A stretch of DNA of 54,622 bases from positions 1-54,622 of the forward strand of contig DVKF01000059.1 of assembly GCA_018716115.1 (NCBI GenBank). The letters run 5' to 3'. The translations under genes were made by a program, and so were the position numbers. The notes beneath the pieces were generated by a model. That model searched no databases and was not told where the DNA came from. It worked only from the letters and a program-made list of their open reading frames with translations. Position 1 is the first letter of the stretch. The number at the start of each line of letters is the position of its first letter. This DNA comes from Candidatus Alloscybalousia intestinigallinarum (GTDB taxonomy: Bacteria > Bacillota_I > Bacilli_A > RF39 > UBA660). Of the stretch, positions 47,588-54,622 are shown one piece after another.

Positions 47588-50005
47588 TTATTCTTTTTCT
47601 AAATCTAATTCTATTTTTTCTACTTCATAATCCTTATCGATTAACTCCATTGTTAAGTTATCAATAAACAAAGTAGCTTTGAAATCTTTTATTGAACAAT
47701 TAATTGCTTCTTCCAATTCTTTATTTACTTTTAATACTAAATTCTTAATTGGCGTTTTTAGGGAAACATTATTGATTGTTTTTTCCCCTCGTGCTTGACT
47801 GATGATATTCATCATTAAGTCACCATTTTTAATTTCAGATTCAAAATTAAATTCTAATGGTTTTATTTCAGTAATGTGAACTGATTTTTGATCTTTAAAT
47901 AATTCTTGGTAGATTTCTTCGGTAATAAATGGGAAGAAAATACTAAAGTCTTGTAGTAATTTATAGAGTAATGTGTAGACTGTCTTTTGACCAGAATAAC
48001 GTGGAATTTCTCCGAATTCTTCAGGGCGGTACAATCGATGTTTAACAATTTCGATGTAGTTATCACAGAAATTCCAGAAGAATTTTTCAAGGGTATTTAG
48101 GGCAAGTCCTACTTCGTATTCATCTAAGTAGCGAAGAAAGTTTTTCTCCATTTCTTGGAAGCTTCCCAAAATCCACTTATCGATATATTCATAATCATCA
48201 AATGGTTTATCTGTATAGTCAGAAAGATGCATCTCAATAAACTTAGCTACATTCCAAAGTTTATTAACGAGTTTCTTACCACGTAATAACGTCTCTTCAC
48301 TAAAGACAATATCCGTTCCTAATCTACCTGAAGCTGCCCAGTAGCGAATGACATCAGCGGAGTATTGATCAATTAGTGAAAGTGGTTCTACTTTACTGTT
48401 TCCTTTACTCTTACTGATTTTTTCGCCTTTACTTGCCATAACGAAGCCAGAGATCATCACATTATCCCAAGGTCTCATTCCAAAATGATAGAAACTTTTT
48501 ACAATTGTATAAAAATCCCAAGTTCTAATAATCTCTGAAGCGTTAGTTCTTAAACTCATCGGTTTTAAAAGTGCTTCGTAATTGTCTTTTTCTCCATAGT
48601 GCATATTGATTAATGGCGTTACTGATGAAGTTGCCCAGGTATCCATAACATCACTTTCTGGAATAAACTCCTGGCATCCACATTTTGGACAACAACTAAC
48701 TGGAGGTTTATTCGTTAATGGATTGACTGGTAAATCTTCCTGTTTAGCGAGAATGACTTCACCACATTCTTTACAATACCATACAGGGAATGGTACGCCA
48801 AAATATCTTTGTCTAGAAATACACCAATCCCAAGCAACATTGTTTACCCATTCATCATACCGCGCATGCATATAATCAGGGTGCCATTTGATTTCATTAC
48901 CGATTCTAAGAAAATCCTCTTTATGATTCATAATATCGATAAACCACTGATTCATTACCGCATATTCTACTTCTTTTCCACAACGTTCATGCGTTTGTAC
49001 TTCGTGTTCTAGTTCTTCAATTTTTTCAATATAACCACCATTTTGTAGATCTTCAATAATCTGTTTTCTTGCCTCTTTTATTTTTAAGCCCCCATAGTTA
49101 GGAACAGAGTCAATAATTCTTCCATCATTCGTAAAAATATATTTTAATGGAAGGTTATATTTTTTCCACCATTCAATATCGGTTTGATCTCCAAAAGTAC
49201 AACACATAACGACACCAGTTCCTTTATCAATGGCTACTTTTTCATCTGCCATGATAGGTACTTCTACATCAATTACCGGTATGTGAGCAGTTTTTCCAAT
49301 TAAAGATTTATGTTTTTCATCTTCTGGATTCACAAAGACACATACAATAGCTGGTAATAATTCTGGTCTTGTTGTCGCAATAGTAAATTCTTTGCCATCT
49401 TCTACCGTTTTGAATTTAACATAATTGAAGGTTGTTTTGATGGTTTTGGTTTCTAGTTCAGCTTGCGCAATTGAAGTTAAACATTCATTACACCATAAAG
49501 CTGGACTTTCTTTATGATAACAATGTCCTTTATGAATTAAATCTAAGAAAGATAATTGGCTTACTTTTATTGTTGATGGACTAACTGTTTTATAATGAAT
49601 ATCCCAATCGGTACTGACACCCATCTTACTAAATAATTCTTGGAACTCTGCTTCATATTTATCTGTTGTATCATAGCATAATTTTGAGAATTCTTCTCTT
49701 CCTATTTCAGCTGCTTTTTTCCCTTGTTCTTTTTCAACTAAACGTTCACTAGGTAACCCATTATCATCAAAACCAAACGGATAGAAAACATTATATCCAC
49801 GTAAACGCTTATATCTTGCGATCATTTCCGTCTGTGAATAAGAGAAAATATGACCAATATGAATACTACCACTTACTGTTGGAGGGGGGGTATCAATCGA
49901 ATATATTTTCCGTTTATCTGGTTTAAACTCATAGATTTTATTTTCTTGCCAGTAGTTTAACCACTTGGCTTCTTTTTCTTTCGCATTATATTTTTTATCT
50001 AACAT
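47588..50005 (-). CDS. valS: Valine--tRNA ligase, archaeal-type (no C-terminal coiled coil)
   Basis: DTPPPTVSG, HIGH, GFDDNGLPSERLVE, GTGVVMCCTFGD, DWCISRQR, MDTW, KISKS; upstream T-box has a Val specifier. Confidence 0.93.
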   Translation of the reverse strand: MLDKKYNAKEKEAKWLNYWQENKIYEFKPDKRKIYSIDTPPPTVSGSIHIGHIFSYSQTEMIARYKRLRGYNVFYPFGFDDNGLPSERLVEKEQGKKAAEIGREEFSKLCYDTTDKYEAEFQELFSKMGVSTDWDIHYKTVSPSTIKVSQLSFLDLIHKGHCYHKESPALWCNECLTSIAQAELETKTIKTTFNYVKFKTVEDGKEFTIATTRPELLPAIVCVFVNPEDEKHKSLIGKTAHIPVIDVEVPIMADEKVAIDKGTGVVMCCTFGDQTDIEWWKKYNLPLKYIFTNDGRIIDSVPNYGGLKIKEARKQIIEDLQNGGYIEKIEELEHEVQTHERCGKEVEYAVMNQWFIDIMNHKEDFLRIGNEIKWHPDYMHARYDEWVNNVAWDWCISRQRYFGVPFPVWYCKECGEVILAKQEDLPVNPLTNKPPVSCCPKCGCQEFIPESDVMDTWATSSVTPLINMHYGEKDNYEALLKPMSLRTNASEIIRTWDFYTIVKSFYHFGMRPWDNVMISGFVMASKGEKISKSKGNSKVEPLSLIDQYSADVIRYWAASGRLGTDIVFSEETLLRGKKLVNKLWNVAKFIEMHLSDYTDKPFDDYEYIDKWILGSFQEMEKNFLRYLDEYEVGLALNTLEKFFWNFCDNYIEIVKHRLYRPEEFGEIPRYSGQKTVYTLLYKLLQDFSIFFPFITEEIYQELFKDQKSVHITEIKPLEFNFESEIKNGDLMMNIISQARGEKTINNVSLKTPIKNLVLKVNKELEEAINCSIKDFKATLFIDNLTMELIDKDYEVEKIELDLEKE

Positions 50006-50021
50006 ATTTTTTCACTACTCC

Positions 50022-50492
50022 TTATTTATTTTTTAACCCGTTTTTTCCTACTATATATTTACGGTTTATTTCTTTTTTTATCTTATCTATTCCATAAAAC
50101 TTTTCCCAATTTGCTTCATTATCTATTTTCTGTAAATTGTATGCACCAATTACACTATAGTGACTAAGCATCATTTCGTTTTGATAGAACCATTCTAATT
50201 CACGATCAGTAATCGTTTCTGGTAAATAGAAAATGACTAATCCAGATGAATCTTCACTTTTTACCACCAAGTGACCAAGTTCCACAATTCGGCATGGTGC
50301 CTCTTGATAATCATCAAGTTTAAATTGAAAGCCTAACTGATACAGGTCGGAAAATTCTTGAATTTTTTTGGTATGATTCTCACCGAGGGCAACTTCTTTT
50401 TCAAATAGTGGTTGGATAATCTGTCCTTCATCAGGAATGATCCAGACTTTTCCTCTACGATTCATGATGGATCCCCTCGTTAATCGCATCAT
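50022..50492 (-). CDS. Hypothetical protein
   Basis: 156-aa ORF closely spaced with neighbours in the T-box operon. Confidence 0.7.
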   Translation of the reverse strand: MMRLTRGSIMNRRGKVWIIPDEGQIIQPLFEKEVALGENHTKKIQEFSDLYQLGFQFKLDDYQEAPCRIVELGHLVVKSEDSSGLVIFYLPETITDRELEWFYQNEMMLSHYSVIGAYNLQKIDNEANWEKFYGIDKIKKEINRKYIVGKNGLKNK

Positions 50493-51204
50493 AACAGATT
50501 TCTCTTACCTTTAGCCATAACTTTTCACTGTCTTCAGCTACCTCAATCGTACTAACAAATAGATCAAAGTTATCTGTTTCAACTAGAATGTCCAAACTCT
50601 CTTCGAAATTAAAATCGTAAATAAAAGCTAAAATCGATAATACAGCATCTGATTTTGATTGATTGTCTTTGATATCGAGAAGGTGTCTTTCTTTGAAGTT
50701 TTTTAATACATTAGGCGTTACTTCATCTGCTTTGAATACATAATGATAATGAATGGCATACTGTTTAAAGATATCGACTTTATCCATATCTCTAATCATC
50801 GAGACAAATAATTTTTCTTTATCCTTTAATGGTGGGACGTCCAACTTATTATGATACCTGATCGCTAATTCGATAATTTGATCATACTTGTCTTCTTCAA
50901 TAAAATCTCTGATATGTCCTTCTTCAAACAGATAGATACAACTTTGATCAGCATGATCGACTGTTTTTCTATCGGATAATCTTCCATATATCCTGAATTG
51001 TTCAAAACGACCAATATCATGTAAGAGTCCAATAATCTTTGCTAGAATAATTTCTTCCTTCGATAAATTAAGGCGGAAAGCAAGTTCTGCCATCAAGTTT
51101 GCGACTTCTAAACTATGTTCTTTCTTTAGGCTAATCATTTCTTCTTTCTGATCATAATTTTCTACATATTTTTCAAATACTTCTTTTGCCCGTTCATAAT
51201 CCAT
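50455..51204 (-). CDS. HD-domain phosphohydrolase
   Basis: EHS, LLHDIGRFEQ, DHA, YHN, RDMDKVD. Confidence 0.92.
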   Translation of the reverse strand: MDYERAKEVFEKYVENYDQKEEMISLKKEHSLEVANLMAELAFRLNLSKEEIILAKIIGLLHDIGRFEQFRIYGRLSDRKTVDHADQSCIYLFEEGHIRDFIEEDKYDQIIELAIRYHNKLDVPPLKDKEKLFVSMIRDMDKVDIFKQYAIHYHYVFKADEVTPNVLKNFKERHLLDIKDNQSKSDAVLSILAFIYDFNFEESLDILVETDNFDLFVSTIEVAEDSEKLWLKVREICYDAINEGIHHES

Positions 51205-51450
51205 AAAAAAACTCCTCCTTATCTTTTTTAATAAGGACGAGTTAAACCCGCGGTACCACCTTAATTCACTCTAAAAAAGAGTACCCTTCATTAAAGAACT
51301 AACGTATCTTTCAAGTTACGGAATTACCTACTCATTGTTCAATAATTCTACTCCATCGCTACCTTCCAAAGATAATTCTATTCATTTCCACCAACCATGA
51401 ATTCTCTATAAGAATTATTCTTTGTACTCCTCGACTTCTTTGTATTTCGT
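51205..51450 (-). ncRNA. T-box riboswitch, valine specifier
   Basis: T-box AAGGTGGTACCGCG (51262-51249); stem I AGAGA and GGTGGAA loops; specifier GTA (51362-51360); terminator stem plus U7 at 51243-51205. Confidence 0.93.
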
Positions 51451-51456
51451 GTTTTT

Positions 51457-51485
51457 ATTATAGACCAATTTTTTTACTTTGTAAA
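51457..51485 (-). promoter_or_regulatory. SigA promoter of the T-box leader
   Basis: TTTACA, 17-bp spacer, TATAAT. Confidence 0.75.
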
Positions 51486-51521
51486 TATTTTCCTTATTAG
51501 GATATCCATTTATCCATTTTC

Positions 51522-52268
51522 TTATTCTTCTATATAATTTATTTTATTTTGAATATATTTCTCTACTTCCTGAAAATATTCTTTTAAGTGTAGTGGATAG
51601 TTTAACTCTTTAGCCATTCTTTGGTATAACTTTGTTTCCTTTAGATAACGAAAACTATCTGAAAAGTATAATTCATAGACATACCCTAAATAGATCAGTA
51701 AATGATCACTGTCTGTTTTTAGCTCTCTATAGGGAATCATCTGGTGTTGAAAAAATAGGTCTCGGCAAGTTGGGGTTACTTCTTCATTAGTCGTTGGTAA
51801 TTCATTATTCTCGATCAATAAATAGATAATATCAAGCTTATCGGCATCTTTAATCATTTTCGCAAATAATTCTTCTTTTTTATTTTGGATTCCTGTTAAT
51901 TCCATTTTATTATGATTAAAAATACTTGCTTTGATGATTGGATAATATTCTTCTGGGATTTTAAACTTTTCAATTAATCCATCTTCAAACAATAATTTCA
52001 CGCCATATTCACCATGATCTAAGCTTTTTCTATCATTGACGGTATGATAAGTAGATAACTGTTCAAAGCGACCAATATCGTGTAATAAGGCAATTAATTC
52101 AGCGAGTTCAATTTCTTCTTCCGTTAGATGAAGACTTACCGCTAGCTGTTCTATTCTATCAACAACTCGATAAGTATGAAGATAACGTTCTTTAATTTTA
52201 GGATTACTACTATCATATTGTTGATAAAAGTCTTCAAATAGCGATATCCATTCCTTTTTTAATTTCAT
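51522..52268 (-). CDS. HD-domain phosphohydrolase (paralog of 50455..51204)
   Basis: LHTYRV, LLHDIGRFEQ, DHG, NHN, KDADKLD. Start moved to 52268. Confidence 0.92.
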   Translation of the reverse strand: MKLKKEWISLFEDFYQQYDSSNPKIKERYLHTYRVVDRIEQLAVSLHLTEEEIELAELIALLHDIGRFEQLSTYHTVNDRKSLDHGEYGVKLLFEDGLIEKFKIPEEYYPIIKASIFNHNKMELTGIQNKKEELFAKMIKDADKLDIIYLLIENNELPTTNEEVTPTCRDLFFQHQMIPYRELKTDSDHLLIYLGYVYELYFSDSFRYLKETKLYQRMAKELNYPLHLKEYFQEVEKYIQNKINYIEE

Positions 52269-52401
52269 TTTCTCATCCCTTTTAAATAATATTTCCATTA
52301 TACGAGGGAATTTGAGAGTTTGCAAGTATGCACTTGATTTTCTGTACAAAGATTAGGGATACGCCCAAGCTGTTCCTTCTTTTGTTCATATAATATTGTA
52401 G

Positions 52402-52632
52402 GTGAAAATGATGTTTAAAAAAGGACAAGGACATGGTTTTTTCTGCCGATGTGAAGCTTGTAAATTTAGAAGAAAGTCCAGCATTTTTTATATGGGATGT
52501 CTTCTTTCTTTATTGGTTATTCTTTTTTATCAATGTCTTTTCGCAATATTTGTTGTTTCACGTTTTAATTCCTTTTTATGCTTTTTATTTTTAATATTAG
52601 TAATCATCGGCTTTATTCGTATTATTTTTTAA
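52402..52632 (+). CDS. Small hypothetical membrane protein with CxCxxC motif
   Basis: AGGTG RBS, CRCEAC, two hydrophobic segments. Confidence 0.5.
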   Translation: MKMMFKKGQGHGFFCRCEACKFRRKSSIFYMGCLLSLLVILFYQCLFAIFVVSRFNSFLCFLFLILVIIGFIRIIF

Positions 52633-52637
52633 AAAAA

Positions 52638-53537
52638 CTAAATAGGATGTTTGGGCTTAGATTCATGCCGATTCATTCTATTTAGTTTTTCTCTTAATTG
52701 ATAAGCAGTTTCCGTAATGGTAAATACTTGTTTAATTTTCTGAACTTCTGTTTTTTTCATTTCTAATTTTTCCGGAAGCAGAGTCATCGCTAAAAAAAGA
52801 TCAATTTCTTCTTCTTTTAAAATATACTTCGTCTGATAGATATCTAATAAATCAAAGATATCTATTTTTTCTTTGTTGTTTTGATAAATATTTAATAAAT
52901 CATATACTGGTAAATTAATTCTAGCCTTACCCCAACTGATTAGATAAAGATCATGATTTTCAATTAAATGTTCTCGTTCTAACGCTCCATGAGTCATGGC
53001 ATAACGTAATTTCTTACTTTCTTTTACTTTTTGATACCAAGATTCTATTCGTTTTCTGCTTTCGCCAATATTCTGATACAAAATAGAGATATTTCGAATT
53101 AACAAGTAATGACTGGGTGACATATATACTTCGCTTTCAATCATATTCTGTAAACCAGAATAATAATTATATAGATAATCTTGACGATCGACAATCTCTT
53201 CGTAAATTTTTTTTACTTGATCAATATCCACATTTTTATAGAACGTTGTCTTGTTGTGTAGTAGACTAACGAGATAGATTAAATCTTCTATTCTCTGTTC
53301 TTCTGGCACTTCGAAATCATCTATATATTCTGTAATTTCATAAGGATCTTCGATACTAGTTAAATTCGGAGGAAAATTATGAAAATTACGGGTTCTTAAA
53401 TATTCATAAATATTGGTGTTGTTTTCTTCTTTTAAGCAATAACGATTTTGATCGGTAGAAATAATATCTACTTTTTTCTTTTTTTGATAACGGGATGCTT
53501 TTAAGTTATATTTTTCTAGTTCTTGTCTTTTATTCAT
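52638..53537 (-). CDS. ysxE: YsxE-like spore coat kinase-fold protein
   Basis: LLHNKT, YMSPS.YL, THG.L...H, ISWG; directly downstream of the spoVID-like gene. Confidence 0.8.
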   Translation of the reverse strand: MNKRQELEKYNLKASRYQKKKKVDIISTDQNRYCLKEENNTNIYEYLRTRNFHNFPPNLTSIEDPYEITEYIDDFEVPEEQRIEDLIYLVSLLHNKTTFYKNVDIDQVKKIYEEIVDRQDYLYNYYSGLQNMIESEVYMSPSHYLLIRNISILYQNIGESRKRIESWYQKVKESKKLRYAMTHGALEREHLIENHDLYLISWGKARINLPVYDLLNIYQNNKEKIDIFDLLDIYQTKYILKEEEIDLFLAMTLLPEKLEMKKTEVQKIKQVFTITETAYQLREKLNRMNRHESKPKHPI

Positions 53538-54438
53538 GTTGACATGGAATGATTACTTTGCTGCCGATTTTTAAGTTTTCTAAATCGTTATACGCGATAA
53601 GATCATCACGAGTGGCTTTATATTTTTCGATGATGGAATCTACTGTATCGTTTTCTCTAACGATGTAAACATGATAAGTGACGAAAGTTTCATCACTAGA
53701 TGCGATTGCATTAAAGATAGAGCTCATTTTGGTTTCTTCTTTAGGACGTTCTTTTTTTTGTGGTAGGACAATTTCTTCTTGATCAAAGCAGGCAGTTGAT
53801 GCGGTAGTTGTTGGATGATTAGAGGTAGTTTGAGTTGTCTCTTGATCGTAGATTTCTTTGTTTTTAGAAATTTCTTGAGTTAACTTGGCTTCAATTTCTT
53901 GTTCCAGATTACTTTTTTCCGGCATAGCTGGAAAGTCATAATCCTCATGATTAGAAGTAGATTCTGTGATTTCTAGATGATCTAATTCTTCTTCTTTTTC
54001 TAATGGTTCGATTTCTACTTTTTCTTTTTTCTCTTCAATTTCAATCGGGATTTTTTCTACGGTCTTACGAATGGCTTCTTCGTCTAATGAAATATCTTCT
54101 TTAGGTAAGTTTTTTTCTTCGACATTGCCAACTTCTAATTCCACATTAATTTTTAAATCTTCTTCGTTAATAATTTCAAAATAGAAATCATCGATTGTAA
54201 TCGTACAGTTAGAAATATCATATTTGTTATCTACTTCTATTGTAAAAGGTAAATTATAATGGAATTCCTCCTCAATTTGACTTGCTTCATGCATCTTATA
54301 TTTTCCATCGATAAGGATATCTCCTTCGATAGTATTTCCTTCTTTTACCTCGAGATTATGTTTAGCTTCAATATCGGTGATCTCGGCGATCATCGTTTTA
54401 AATTTAATCGTCTTCGTAAAAGGTATTATTTTTTTCAT
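53530..54438 (-). CDS. spoVID: SpoVID-like spore coat morphogenetic protein
   Basis: N-terminal EITDI...G.Y...IDDFYFEI domain, acidic linker, C-terminal LysM (YIVRENDTVDSI); upstream of ysxE. Confidence 0.82.
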   Translation of the reverse strand: MKKIIPFTKTIKFKTMIAEITDIEAKHNLEVKEGNTIEGDILIDGKYKMHEASQIEEEFHYNLPFTIEVDNKYDISNCTITIDDFYFEIINEEDLKINVELEVGNVEEKNLPKEDISLDEEAIRKTVEKIPIEIEEKKEKVEIEPLEKEEELDHLEITESTSNHEDYDFPAMPEKSNLEQEIEAKLTQEISKNKEIYDQETTQTTSNHPTTTASTACFDQEEIVLPQKKERPKEETKMSSIFNAIASSDETFVTYHVYIVRENDTVDSIIEKYKATRDDLIAYNDLENLKIGSKVIIPCQHE

Positions 54439-54459
54439 CTTATCCCTCATTTCTATTTC

Positions 54460-54488
54460 AATATATGAGAATGACGAAAAAAACATGC
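54460..54488 (-). promoter_or_regulatory. SigE-type promoter of spoVID
   Basis: GCATGTTT...CATATATT; spoVID is SigE-dependent in B. subtilis. Confidence 0.65.
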
Positions 54489-54492
54489 ACAA

Positions 54493-54622
54493 ATCGAGTA
54501 GAGGAAAATAAATAAATTATTTTGCCCCTCTCACACCACCGTACGTACGGTTCTCGTATACGGCGGTTCAATTTATACTACAGTATGTACTTTTTGATAT
54601 TGGTCTAGTGGAGACACTAGAC
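54493..54622 (-). mobile_element. 3' end of a class C group II intron (domains V and VI)
   Basis: Minus strand AACCGCCGTATACGAGAACCGTACGTACGGTGGTGTGAGAGG (DV with CGC triad), then DVI ending CTACTCGAT at 54493. Confidence 0.93.
54573..54622 (-). CDS. C-terminal fragment of the intron-encoded reverse transcriptase/maturase
   Basis: LVSPLDQYQKVHTVV* ends just before DV; truncated by the window edge. Confidence 0.65.
   Translation of the reverse strand, partial: LVSPLDQYQKVHTVV

Overview
AT-rich chromosomal segment from a low-GC, apparently spore-forming member of the Bacilli. The Bacillus-like gene orders reoM/yrzL-ruvX-yrzB-mltG-trmR-(insert)-trhP1-trhP2 and spoVID-ysxE support this; a gut lineage such as RF39 is plausible but is inference only. 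The right edge is the 3' end of a class C group II intron (RT C-terminus, domains V-VI). The left edge is a GC-rich hairpin element next to a 5'-truncated acetyltransferase gene. Housekeeping genes include an archaeal-type ValRS under a Val T-box, lspA, rluD, a rhomboid protease, uvsE and a YtrA-ABC operon. The most striking accessory feature is an ~11 kb tandem array of six unannotated ~550-580 aa soluble, helical paralogs inserted in the trmR-trhP1-trhP2 tRNA-modification operon. They share N- and C-terminal motifs, divergent cores and Lys-rich tails. The first copy is frameshifted at a T8 tract and a seventh copy survives only as a remnant. A second unusual module is an operon behind a MerR-type promoter (19-bp spacer, palindromic operator). 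It encodes a soluble VirD4-like protein with a degenerate Walker B, then a decayed radical-SAM gene and a VYGTP peptide remnant, next to a lone QueC-like PP-loop gene. Also present: an XRE-ImmA peptidase/PIN pair, an orphan Phd antitoxin, a frameshifted aminotransferase-GNAT fusion, a SipW-signal DUF285 LRR surface protein, and anti-SD hairpins around SigE-like -10 elements. All calls come from motif recognition by eye; no database searches were run.
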